Assembly (NCBI GenBank): GCA_951406725.2
Contig: OX597824.1
Location: 67,518,001-67,582,000, forward strand
From: Octopus vulgaris
Lineage: Eukaryota
Direction of reading: 5' to 3'
DNA length: 64,000 nucleotides
Shown in pieces: positions 1 through 35,699 of the stretch; within the stretch, counting starts at the first letter, position 1, and each line of letters begins with the position of its first letter. The notes beneath the pieces were generated by a model. That model was given only the letters and a program-made list of their open reading frames with translations, did not search any database and was not told where the DNA came from. Both the position numbers and the translations under genes were made by a program.

Positions 1-169
1 CTGCATTCGGATCACGTAATACTACGACGAGAAATATAAATGACTTTCAACAGAGCAGAAGTAAAATAATTTTTTGATATTATTTTATATTGTTGATAAG
101 CCAGTCTAATCAACAGTTAAACATGCACACACATATAGATAGGTACAGATACATACGTGTATGTTTATA

Positions 170-567
170 TGCGTATAAACCATAAAATGTCAGGACGTAT
201 GAGAGTTGACTATATTTATTTAACCTCTTATCCCTTGGATTACAGCCGTTTCGCAGCCTTCTTCATGAAATAATAATTTCAGTGTATAATAAATGACACT
301 TATATGCCATACATGCTACACATACACAATACAATTGTATATTCACAAATCAGTGCAGATAAAGGAAGTTAGCTGCATTGAATTGCGACTATACAAGTGT
401 ATTGTGTAATGTGTAGCATGCATATTAGTGCAGACGTCTAAACATAATTTACTAGACACTGAAATTATTATACGATGAAGGCTGCGAAACGACCGTATTT
501 CCAACGATAACAATTGGTTGAATAAATATATTCGCCTCTCATATCTCCAAATAGTTTATGGTTATAC
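170..567. repeat. Degenerate ~400-bp fold-back (palindrome) with hammerhead-like remnants
   Basis: Arms such as gtttcgcagccttcttca..aataatttcagtgt / acactgaaattatt..gatgaaggctgcgaaac, and catgctacaca / tgtgtagcatg; centre ~365. Confidence 0.7.
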
Positions 568-1411
568 TCCTTATGAAATGGTTTCATCGATCGGAGCTGC
601 TGGATTTCTGAAGTGTAGATCTCTGCATTATACTCCTCTGTATTGTATTACTACGTTGTTTGTTAGCCGAGTCCGCGGGAGGGGCTTTCTGTAATAGCCA
701 CACGATTCTATGAATCCATATATTACACTACAAATTTATGTATAACTTATCAGCTAATAAGAGTATTTTCAAACTAAATGAAGGCTACTAAAACTTAGCA
801 CTTATGAAGGCGGGATATAATGATAAAATAAAGTTTAATAAGTCGAATAACTGATTTAAACAGCGATTTTAATAAGTCAAATCTAAAATCTAGTACTATA
901 AATAAATCTACTTATAAGAAAAATAGTAATGGAAATTTAAATTCAAATATAGAAGTTAATAATAAATTAACAATAGTAGACGATTTTAATAGAGAAAATA
1001 ATCAAATGAACGATTATAAAAATTCAGACAAAAGGGAAAGTTTTAAGATAGTTGATAACCGAGTTAAAAATTTTCGTACTGCTGATAGAAATGAGGATGT
1101 AGTATTCTCTAATAGAATCTCGAATTCAGCTAAAATATTTAAAGGTAAAATAAACGCTAACTTTAACATAGATCGAAATCAAGGAATACTTACTCCTTCG
1201 AAAAACTGGTATAAATATTAAGATTATGATTCTAACTCGAAAAATATTTTATGGTAAACAAGCAAATTATCATTTTTCCAAATTGTTCAATATAGCAAAT
1301 GAAAAAAAACAAAAACATTTCCAATGAATCATAAATATAAAAATCCTAATAAACATAAAATCCGTATGGCTTATTGTAACAGCAGAAAAATAGCACAAAT
1401 TATAGCGACTC

Positions 1412-1759
1412 GTCTGAGTCTGAGACCCCCTTCGGTTACGACACTGACCATGGGATTGTACCTAGAAAGTTACCCTCCCAGGCACAAGTCCGGGCAAGGT
1501 TGTTTATGGAAGACCAGCAGTCGCCCATACATACCGGCCTCCCCTCTCCACTCCACCAGTGTTATCCAAGGGAAAGGCAAGGGCCGATACAGCTTGGCAC
1601 CTGTGACGTCGCAACTCATTTCTACAGCTGAGTGGACTGGAGCAGCGTGAAATAAAGCGTCTTGCTCAAGAACACGACACGCAGCCCGGTCCGGGATTCG
1701 ATCCCACAACCTCACGATCGTAAGCTCGACGCTCTAACCACTGAGCCATGCGCCTTCAC
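1412..1759 (-). mobile_element. tRNA-derived SINE (CORE-like central domain), nested in the PLE remnant
   Basis: Head gtgaaggcgcatggctcagtggttaga..ggatcgaatcc (A/B boxes), then ttcttgagcaagac..cagtccactcagctg. TSD tagc(g/a)actc at 1403-1411 and 1760-1768. Relatives at 12583-12868 (+), 17929-18250 (+), 46200-46523 (-), 56092-56390 (+). Confidence 0.85.
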
Positions 1760-2687
1760 TAGCAACTCATAACGTAAAAGTAATATTGAAATTTCAAAAA
1801 AGTTATTATAATCAGAGTAGCATAGTAAATATTCAGAATAATATAACATCAAACGGAATAAAGAAACTCAAATAGAAGAGAACACCAACAATTTAAAAGT
1901 CGCTGAAAGAGAAACAACCAGAATTAACATAGTTTATAACGTAGGATCGAATAAAAATTCAGCTCAAAATAAAACAATGATAACGTTAACTAAAAGAGTA
2001 AATAATAACGAAAACCTTGATGGAAATGAATTTAATTTTAACATGAATGATAAAATTAAAACTAAATCTGAGAGAAATATAGAAAGATATCTTTGCAATT
2101 GTTCTAAATGGGAATCCTGTTATATGAAAAACTAGTGTAAGAGTAGAGATGTAATACATAGATGTAAAGTTACATCTGAGAGTAAAGATACTTTTACATC
2201 GGTGCGTCATCACTAGTTTTCAAGACGAGATTGGCACATCATTTGAGTCCATTTAGAGATAAAAATAAAAAATTCCTAACAAGTCTTAGTAAATTAATCT
2301 CGTCTATTAAAGACAGAAGAAAGATTATGCTCTCAGTTGGGAATTAATTTGCACTGGAAAACCATACAGAGCTGGAACAAAAAAATGTGACTTATGTTTA
2401 GAAGAATTATACCAAAGTTTTACATCAACGGGTAAAGTAATAAATTCTAGACAGGAACAAGCTTTCAGACGCTTGCACATGAATAAATTCACATTTTCCA
2501 AGTATGAATGAATAGCAAACGTTTAAACAACGGAATGTTTTGAAATAACGGTCTATAAGTGATTATCCAATCAAAACTTGAATTGAAGGTAGTTCGCATC
2601 TAACTTAACGAATAACTCTATATCATACAACGCAGAGTAGATAAACGAAAAACTTCAAACAGTTAAATTGAAGGATATTAAAGTAAA

Positions 2688-2771
2688 GATCCTGAAGAAA
2701 TTGTACCGGTATTGTATTAGGGTTACAATTGCAACGGTTACTGACCGGTGCAATTGAAACATGTGTAGGTA
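2688..2771 (+). ncRNA. Type I hammerhead ribozyme motif
   Basis: CTGAAGA 2692-2698; stem II aattgtaccggt/accggtgcaatt; GAAAC-ATGT-GTA (site 2765-2767); short stem I atc/ggt. Lies at the 3' end of a PLE remnant. Confidence 0.75.
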
Positions 2772-2844
2772 TATGTAAAGCTGTATATAAAGAATGAAAG
2801 GTAATGCTATGCCACTTTGTAATAATCCTTATTATTATTATTGT

Positions 2845-2894
<50 letters not shown>

Positions 2895-4293
2895 ATATGC
2901 TTAAAGGATGGTCATATATTTTGCAAGGAGATATGGACGATTATCATTCTGCAATATGACATAATTTCTTTTGTAAATAAAAAGTGCAATGTTTATATGG
3001 TTCATGTTAATTTTTGTTTTTGATATTTCGTGTTGTGGTGAGAAGCAGCTGTGTAGAATCAAATAATTTTATTCACCTAAAATATTACCTTCAGTATTCA
3101 AACCACAAGTATGAACATATGCATTTTTTAATGGGTAATGGTTGGGAATCAACTTTTAATCAATGTATACCAAAATGAGCATGACTCGGAAGTGGTACTA
3201 ATGATTTCACTGCACTTTAAAGCTTAATCTTCCCAGTACTTCCAAGATCCTTGTTGAGCAACGAAGATATTTACATCGTAGAGCTGTGGTTTTCAGAAAG
3301 ACACTCATATTTTATGTGATTACTTATGTGGCGCTTGTAAAGCTAGTCAGATCATAAAAGTGTCTACATGCAGCTAATGTTTTATCGCTTTTTTTTCTTT
3401 AGTTACCATTATGGTTTGGTCCGTGCGTTTATTAGAAGAACGTTTATCGAGAACGGTGAAGCTGAGAGAAACTTCTTTTTTTTTACGCATTCTGTACTTC
3501 TGCTTCGTACTACTAAGGTCAAAGAATTATTAAAAACATTACTTCACTTACGAAATATTATTATTCTTACTCTTTTACTTGTTTCAGTCAGTTGACTGCG
3601 GCCATGCTGGAATTTCTTATAAGAACTTTTATTGTAAAGTAAAAATTAACACTAATATTCATGTAAAGTTATTTTTCTACAGTTTACAATATGTACCACT
3701 GATCAGAACTGTAATTAAATCCAGGATTTTCTTTGAATCAATACAGAAAATAGATTCTTAGTCAAATATTTATTGAAAAGTATGTAAAATTGTGCTCATG
3801 TTCCTTGAGACAGTTAACAGCAATTAGATAATTCTGAGTTAGGTTAATTTCGAAATTATATTCTGCCGCATGTTGTTTTTAGATAATATATATTTAACGT
3901 AATCATGTCCGTAGGAGAGCCACTGTAATCTGCATAAGATAACGCAGCTGGAATTCTCTGTGTTATATATAGGTAAAAGAATTGTGCGCTCTTAAAAATA
4001 ATTGATTAATTTCGTTAAAAAGAAATCACAGTTTTATGTGAGGAATCATTTGAATGGATCGATTTGTCTACTCAATTAGGATTTATATTATGATGTCATA
4101 GGCATATTAACAAATATTATTTTCTCAGTTGCCTAAACCTGGTTCTGATATGGTATGAAATCATTATGTAAGCTATCATGTGGCGTTCTACAAATTCTGA
4201 CACCAACTGTCTTTTTACTCAAAAATAATATTTAACAAACACGGAAAAGAAAAATTAAAGAAAGAAAGGATTTAAAAATTCCAAAAAGAAAAA

Positions 4294-28684
<24,391 letters not shown>

Positions 28685-30039
28685 TTCAGAGATATTGAAC
28701 TGAGAGTGTATAGCATGTAAGAATTGTATTCAATATTGCATTTATAAATTACTGATACGTTGACAATACTTTGCATCAATGCTATAAGGTATTACAGGAT
28801 ATATCTATAGACTTTTGCAAACACCGAACAAAGTAGACAAATATAAATACTTTGTCTCTATATTTTTCTGTCCATGATTAGAAGAAATGCAGGAAAAAAA
28901 CAAACAATAACAAAAAGAAAAACAAAGCAAACCAAACAACCAAAATATTTCACATATAGTTCATCTTTTAATTCTGTTTAGTTAGAATGTAAAGTAAGAA
29001 TTATATGTGGGAACTCAGGCTTTTCCGCTTTTATTATAAATATGTTGCTCTTAAGGATTGTTTTAGCCAATTGCAATCTTGCAAGTCAATCCCACTTGAT
29101 ATTGCTGCATAATGGAGTTTAAAGAAATGTAATTAATTGATCACTTAATTTTCGTAGATTATTTTTGTTACCGATGATTTATTAATTGAGTTCTTAATTG
29201 CAGTAGATTTTTCATGTTTGTATATAACTTCTCTATATGGATATATCTCTGTCCATGATGATAACGGACAAGACGTTTATATATGTCTATCACACCTAAA
29301 ACTTAATGGATACACTCTATAGTATATAGCAGCATAATGAAAGTGATTAATGATGGCATCTGTAAATACATCGACGACTTATTGGTGGATGTCGATACCA
29401 TGTAGAACAACGGTTCAACTATTTTTCCCTGTTTGATTACTATTTTGCTCTGGTGGACACCCATAAACACAGAAACTTCTTTCTTATAAAATACAACTGT
29501 GGATCGCCAGAGTACTATTTTACTTGCATGGAACCCCTTCCTCCAATAGTATAGAGAACCCCAGTGGTCATATGGACGACAGTTGAGAACTACTGGTCCA
29601 GAATGTAGATGTATTAGAAAGTCAATAAATATCGTTACATCATTTCTACAAAGGGTTTGTTATTCTTGAATAATTCTCTATTACATTTGTCTTTCAAAGT
29701 ATACGTAATATATGTGACGTGAAAAGAGACACTCTTAGTATCTATTAAACCATAAACTATACTGACGGTAATGATAATGATAAATAACATGTATATATAT
29801 GTATATATATATATACATACATTCATACACATGCATATATGGGCACAGGACGTCACCATATGTGCAAATAACAAGAAATACGTAAAAGTTGAGAAAAAAA
29901 ATGGAAAATAGGACAAGTAAATACAGGGAAAGGACCCGTCATCAGTTGTTGGCTATCTGTCTACTCCTTATTTTGAGCATACAACGACAATATGTATCTT
30001 CAAAAACAGATGGTGCCATAAATTCTAAAATAAATATAT

Positions 30040-30093
<54 letters not shown>

Positions 30094-30115
30094 GTATATA
30101 TATATAGTATATATA

Positions 30116-30157
<42 letters not shown>

Positions 30158-31639
30158 CATACATATATGTATACATATATATATATACATATGCATATTC
30201 ATATATATATACATACATATAAATACTTATTCATATATACATAAACACATACATATATGTATACATACATACATACATATATGTGTGTATGTGTTATATG
30301 TGTATGTGTGAAGACATGGATATCACTGTATGTTGAGTTGTATATATGTATGCGTGTATATATATGTATGCATGTTTGTATATGTCTTTACGTCGGTATG
30401 TGTAGCGAATAGACGTGTAACTACTGGTAAAGTGAGGTTCTCACGAGGGAGATACCATTAAAGAACATTGAAGAATAACATCGAAAAGGAAGGAATATTA
30501 TTTACATGTTTATTTGTCTGGTAAGTGGTTAGTATATAAAACAGCAGTAATTGTACATAGTTTACGTGACAACGGGTTCGCTCGGTAGTGTGGAAGTTGC
30601 GTTCTGCTGATAGAGAGAGAAGATGAGCAGGGATTGCATGCCGCTGACAGAGAGGGTAAAAATTTGACCGAAAGGTGCTCTTCTCTTGTTGACGGAAAGT
30701 TGAAGAGATCAGAAAAACAGAGTTCTCCATTATATAGCAGACATCCAGGAAGTACGTCGTATCTGAAAGAAAGGACTGATCTCTTAGTGACACGAAGAAA
30801 GTCGTAGGTCAAGTGTTTGCTAAAGTTTTGAGAATTGCTTGACATGCAATTAGTGAGTGGTTTCAGTTTCGAAATACAAGCAGGGCCAAGTGAGGTCCTT
30901 ACATATGTATTTATGCGAATATATCTTTGAATGTGTGTATACGACAACAATAAACATCGATATTGTTTGCAGCAATGGTAAGAACAACCTGAATTATACA
31001 ACGAAAGGACATCAGGAGCTTAAGGGAAACACACACACGCACACACACTCACTCACTCACTCACTGATATACTCATTGACACACAATCCTAACCCTAACT
31101 CTAACACCATATCGGAAGTTGTGTGGTACTAGCAGCAGCAGCATCGTCACCACGACAACCACAGATTAACCAACGCGGACCCTGTAGCCCTGATGGTGAA
31201 TAATTATTTGCTCTCAATATATTGGGCTTCTAGACACTTGTCTAAGCCATGTTTTCTTTCCTTTTCCTTCTTCCTTCTGTTTATATTATGTGCTCTTGTT
31301 TTTCACTCTGATGAAGATCCGTTGCCTTAATTCGAATGCCCTATGAAGATGAAGAATTTTATTCTCGCATATATGTATAGACTGCATTTTGGCAATTTGA
31401 TCAGTAACGGTTGTAAGATATGTTATGTCACCTATTTTGTTATGTCTTGCTTTGTATTAAAAAATAAAGGTATAAATGTGGTCCAACCGATGTGTTTGTT
31501 AATCTGTGGTTTTCTCCATTTTCTAATTATTTGCATTGGTTCCTGATAAACTCTTGTTTATCCTGTTGTTATCTGTACTCTACGTGTATGGTGTGCCTGC
31601 ACACCATTGCCCGGGGATAATACAGGTAACGGACACATA

Positions 31640-31805
31640 TATACGACGGACTTCTTTCAGTTTCCGTCTACCAAATCCAATCAAAAGGCTTTGAGCGGCT
31701 CCGAAGGTATAGCAGAAGACACTTGCCCAAGGTGCCATGCAGTGGGACTGAACTCAGGACCATGTGGTAGGTAATCAAGCTACTTACCACACAGCCACTC
31801 CTGCG
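31640..31805 (-). mobile_element. tRNA-derived SINE family 3 (5' part)
   Basis: gcaggagtggctgtgtggtaagtagcttg..gagttcagtcccactgc..ccttgggcaagtgtcttct; full-length copy at 47221-47615. Confidence 0.8.
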
Positions 31806-31807
31806 AC

Positions 31808-31894
<87 letters not shown>

Positions 31895-31903
31895 GTACGT
31901 ATT

Positions 31904-32260
31904 AAATAAAATCAAAAACAGAACGCAAAGGATGTCGCGGTACACGTGTTTCAAGCTTTATAAACAACCTATTCTTACATCAGTGTATAATAGACATAAA
32001 GGATGGTTTAAAGCTCTATTCAGCCGCATGCAATTGTTATTCAAAAGAGTTACATAACACTATGAAAAATCCCAAAGGTACATTTACTTTCGGATTTTTC
32101 ATAGTGTTATGTAACTTTTTGGAATAACAATTGCATGCGGCTGAATAGAGCTTTAAACCATCCTTTATGTCTATTATACACTGATGTAAGAATAGGCTGT
32201 TTATAAAGCTTGAAACACATGTACCGCGACATCCTTTGTGTTCTGTTTTTGATTTCATTT
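31904..32260. repeat. Near-perfect ~175-bp-arm palindrome with a hammerhead-like motif in each arm
   Basis: Arms mirror about ~32082. Motif tgcgg-CTGAATA-gagcttta...taaagctt-GAAAC-ACAT/ACGT-GTA-ccgcg at 32136-32228. Confidence 0.9.
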
Positions 32261-32706
32261 GATACATATACCCTCTCACCTCTGCTACTAGCTGGCGTAT
32301 ATAGGTGCTTACACTCATCAAGTAGTCACCCTAAATTTACAGTATATATATATATATATATATACAGTTTATGTGATTAACCTGGATTTCAAGTCCGTAA
32401 AGCGAATCGTCAGATTTGAAACCTGTTGACTTTTGGCTTCTTTAGCAAGTTACCTCTCTAGAAAATGTAGAAGGAAAAGACTTCGCTGAGGTCAACAACA
32501 GGAGACTGTCTCTCTCTGTCTTTGGCTGTCATTCATATATGACTCTGTTATCGAGCAGATCTCAAGCATGGTCCGAAGACATCCGTTCTAGAGTTAAAGA
32601 TGTTCCGCGTGCCGGTGAAGTCCTTTTGTATTCTTGCCCATTCAGCTATGCCCAGTATATAACGCTTTGTCCCGTACATGTAGGGGCCTGGATTGTCTAG
32701 GATTCT

Positions 32707-32745
<39 letters not shown>

Positions 32746-32875
32746 AAAATAGTAAAGAGTGAAAAAACGACAGAAGGCTTAAATGTTAAAAAATATATAT
32801 ATTTGCGTCAAAATGTCTGGAGAATATTGGAAAAATTTTTTTCCTCCTTAAAATGACATAATTTTATAATTTTTA

Positions 32876-32914
32876 AAGAAATACCGGTTTCGCAGTTAGC
32901 TCTTCAAATTTCTT
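32876..32914 (-). ncRNA. Minimal type I hammerhead-like motif in the PLE 3' end (variant core)
   Basis: aagaaa-t-TTGAAGA-gc taact gc-GAAA-CCGG-TA-tttctt. Stem I aagaaa/tttctt, palindromic ACCGGT stem III, U in place of C3. Confidence 0.6.
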
Positions 32915-33041
32915 GTGACTTAATGTTTATTTTTAATAACGTAATCCTTGTATTTTTGCTACGGAGAGTTCTAAATAAGGGAAAGTAGTGAGTGATTTCT
33001 TCCGGTGTAAGGGAGATAATCATTAAAAATTTTTTTTTCCT

Positions 33042-34568
33042 TTAGTGTGAATTTCTCTGTATTATTGAGTTCGGATAGTTGAGTCTGGGTTTGTACTTTT
33101 CAATGAAGAATGTTTCCTTATTTAGTCTAATTTGTGATGATGATCCGAAAGCACATTGGTAAAATGGAAAGATTAAAAATTGTGGTTGTAGTTGCTTTGC
33201 GCATTTCTCAATGTGCTCACTAAAAGGTATCATTCTATATTCTGGGAATGCAATCTGTTGTCGATGCAGTGTGCATCTACGTCTGAGTGGTAGTCCCGTG
33301 GACCCCACGTAGTCTTGGTGGCAGCCCGAGCATTTAATGACATAAATTATGTTTTCAGAGGCACAAGTAAAGTTAGATTTGATCTTGAATTTCTGTCCCT
33401 CTTTAAAGAAGAATTCGGATCCTTCCAATAGGTTAGGACATGTTGCACAGTTCGATCTACCACATTTTTTTACTTTTGCATCCGTAATTTTAGAAGACAA
33501 TTTTGCCTTTGTGAGAATCTTTTTAAGTGATTTAGGCTGTTTGTAGCTTTTAATGATTTGGTGTATGTTTAGAATTTCCTTTAATTTGGTTTTTTTTTGA
33601 AGTATTGGTAAATTCTGGGTGATGATGGTGAAAGCTTCTTTGTTTCTGGGGTTGTATGTAGATATGTAAGGTAGTATTTTCGGGGAAGGTGTGTTGTTGT
33701 GTTGAACTTTTCTTAAAGTTTCTATGTTGATTTCTGTTGCACGTCTGATCCCATCCTCTATGAGTTGAGTTGGGTAATGTCTGTCAATTAAGGTGTTTTT
33801 GAGTTCTTGCAGTCTGAAGTTCCTGGTATTTTGTTCTGACACTATTGTGCATATCCTTCTTGCAAGGTTGAAGGGGATGTTTGTTTTAGTGTGTCTTGGG
33901 TGGCATGAACTAAAAAGAAGGTATTGTTTGGCGTCTGTGGCTTTGTAGAAAATGTCTGTTTCTATTTTAAGGTTAATTTTTTTAATTAGTATATCCAAGA
34001 ACGGGAGTTCCTTTTGGTTGTATTCCATTGTGAACTGTATATTTGGGTTTATGCTGTTTAATAGGTTTTTAAATTTTAAGAGTTTATCTGTGTTTTCATT
34101 CCAGAGAATAAAACAATCGTCCAAGAATCGTTTCCAGTTCTCTTTTATGTATTGAGAGAGGGGGTTTCCAAAGATTGATAAGGATTCCTGGTAAATGGTT
34201 ATTTCCATGTATCCCATTGTTAAGTTCGCAATGACTGGTGCTGCCCTTGTACCCATAGCAATTCCGGATTTTTGACGGTAAAATGTATTGTCAAACATGA
34301 AGTGGTTATTGTGTAGGATGAATTCAATTGATTTAGTAATGAATTCTTTACTGATCCTTTTTGGTATTTCTTCCGGAAATTGGTCTAACCAGAACTGAAT
34401 TGCTTCCAGTCCATAATTATGAGGTATACTGGTATACAAGTTGACTACATCAAATGAAACCAGGATTGTTTCTTCCTTGGCTTTTTTTGAGAGGTGGTTT
34501 AACATATCTAAGTCATCTCTGATATGGCTATCGATATGTTTAAGGAAGGGTTTCAGGAGGATGTCCAT
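33042..34568 (-). CDS. PLE reverse transcriptase (N-terminally truncated) + GIY-YIG endonuclease
   Basis: ORF-track 508 aa with the motifs above. The frame continues upstream as HRLSLL to the poly(A) junction at 34586. Confidence 0.85.
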   Translation of the reverse strand: MDILLKPFLKHIDSHIRDDLDMLNHLSKKAKEETILVSFDVVNLYTSIPHNYGLEAIQFWLDQFPEEIPKRISKEFITKSIEFILHNNHFMFDNTFYRQKSGIAMGTRAAPVIANLTMGYMEITIYQESLSIFGNPLSQYIKENWKRFLDDCFILWNENTDKLLKFKNLLNSINPNIQFTMEYNQKELPFLDILIKKINLKIETDIFYKATDAKQYLLFSSCHPRHTKTNIPFNLARRICTIVSEQNTRNFRLQELKNTLIDRHYPTQLIEDGIRRATEINIETLRKVQHNNTPSPKILPYISTYNPRNKEAFTIITQNLPILQKKTKLKEILNIHQIIKSYKQPKSLKKILTKAKLSSKITDAKVKKCGRSNCATCPNLLEGSEFFFKEGQKFKIKSNFTCASENIIYVIKCSGCHQDYVGSTGLPLRRRCTLHRQQIAFPEYRMIPFSEHIEKCAKQLQPQFLIFPFYQCAFGSSSQIRLNKETFFIEKYKPRLNYPNSIIQRNSH

Positions 34569-34586
34569 AAGCAGACTTAGTCTGTG

Positions 34587-35088
34587 TTTTTTTTTTTTTT
34601 TTTTTTTTTTTTTAAGGCTTAAAGAATATTTATTTTTGGCCTGAAATATATCTATTCATCCTCTTGGGAGCGAAGACGACCATGTGGATTTGTTACTTTT
34701 ATGTTCAACTGCAATGCACGATCAACTATGTCTTTTCTTTTCTTGCTGGAGACACCATGAGCAATTTCAGCTGCATATACTCGATTTTGCATCATCAATA
34801 TTTCCAATTCTCGAACATTGTGAACTAAAAACTTTCTAAATCCATCAGGCAGCATATGCTTGGTTTTTTTATTTGAACCATAACCAATATTTGGCATCAA
34901 GTATTGACCTTTAAACCGCCGTCGTACTCGATTATCAATTCCCTTAGGTTTACGCCAGTTTGACTTCAGCTTTTTATACCTATCAGACTGATGTCTGATA
35001 AACTTTTTGGTACGTTTCTTGATAATAGTTGGCTTATGGAGTGGGCGCACCATTTTTGTTCAATAAACCAGGCATAATTCCAAGAGAG
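34587..35088 (-). pseudogene. RPL32: Full processed RPL32 cDNA: putative 5'TOP start, UTRs and poly(A)
   Basis: CTCTCTT pyrimidine tract (35088-35082) starts 35 nt upstream of the ATG. Short 3'UTR with AATAAA 15 nt before the 27-nt A tract. Expression unknown. Confidence 0.85.
34652..35053 (-). CDS. RPL32: 60S ribosomal protein L32 (eL32), intact ORF in an intronless processed retrocopy
   Basis: 133 aa with eL32 signatures [64 protein letters not shown]. No introns or stops. AATAAA at 34629-34634, genomic A27 at 34587-34613. Confidence 0.95.
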
Positions 35089-35235
35089 TTAGAGCTTGCG
35101 AATCCAACCAACTAAGGGATAATATCTATCCAATATACTGCCAGTAGAATACTCAATTATTAATACACAAGTGTTTTTTCATTGCATGAATATAATAAAT
35201 GGGTGAGGGTAAAAAAGTTGTTTTACCCTTAATTT

Positions 35236-35675
35236 ATACGGCAATAAGAAAATGGAGGGGATCAAGAGGTGGTATTCATCAACTTTTAGACGTTATATTG
35301 TCTATTTATTTATTTTTTTATAAAAAAACTGTTATAACAAAATACAATCATTTATAACAGATTATGCTTTACATATATAAAAATACCAGTAATTATTAAA
35401 ATATATAACATAGAACATCATCATCATCATCGTTTAAAGTCCGCTTTCCATGCTAGCATGGGTTGGACGGTTTAACTGGGGTCTGGGAAGCCCGAAGGCT
35501 GCACCAGGCCAGTCAGATCTGGCAGTGTTTCTACAGCTGGATGCCCTTCCTAACGCCAACCACTCCGAGAGTGTAGTAGAAAGTAGAATAGTTTCTTACA
35601 TAAATAAACATAATATAATGCCTAAAAGTTGATGAATACCACCTCTTGATCCCCTCCATTTTCTTATAGCCGTAT
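35236..35675. repeat. Inverted repeat (~100-bp arms) with a nested repeat fragment
   Basis: ataagaaaatggaggggatcaagaggtggtattcatcaactttta versus its reverse complement at ~35620-35670. The interior (35416-35575) matches 43825-43985 (catcatcatc..ccatgctagcatgggttggacgg..ggatgcccttcc). Confidence 0.75.
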
Positions 35676-35699
35676 ATATATATGTGTATGTGTGTGTGT

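Larger units (their letters stand above)
720..2846 (+). mobile_element. Decayed Penelope-like derivative (GIY-YIG region flanked by Asn-rich sequence) ending in a hammerhead and (TA)n
   Basis: Broken frames read NKHKIRMAYCNSRKIAQIIA-THN, CNCSK..CKSRDVI, YIGASSLVFKTRLAHH, KPYRAGTKKCDLCLEE, NSRQEQAFRRLHMNKF. These resemble the PLE C-terminal pattern. 5' boundary approximate. Confidence 0.7.
32743..34586 (-). mobile_element. Penelope-like retroelement (Neptune-type), 5'-truncated, young
   Basis: Uninterrupted 508-aa ORF 33042-34568. RT motifs SFDVVNLYTSIP, QKSGIAMGT, WKRFLDDCF, LPFLDI, YLLFSSCHP; Cys linker KCGRSNCATCP; GIY-YIG NIIYVIKC..DYVGST..RRRCTLH..E..FI..LN. 3' end has a hammerhead-like motif and abuts (TA)n at ~32708-32742. 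Confidence 0.92.

Noticed and set aside
33042-35053. In-frame RPL32-RT fusion protein
   Set aside because: RPL32 ends in TAG at 34654-34652. The PLE frame is offset and meets TGA at 34658-34656 when extended upstream through the A27.
34652-35053. RPL32 as the parental ribosomal-protein gene
   Set aside because: No introns, a genomic poly(A) 15 nt after AATAAA, and direct fusion to a retroelement mark it as a retrocopy.
35089-35210. 5' continuation of the PLE ORF upstream of RPL32
   Set aside because: Minus-strand translation gives only chance-level resemblance (e.g. RYYPLVG then a stop), with no PKIHK/RPIV-type RT motifs. Alignment to the family consensus would settle it.
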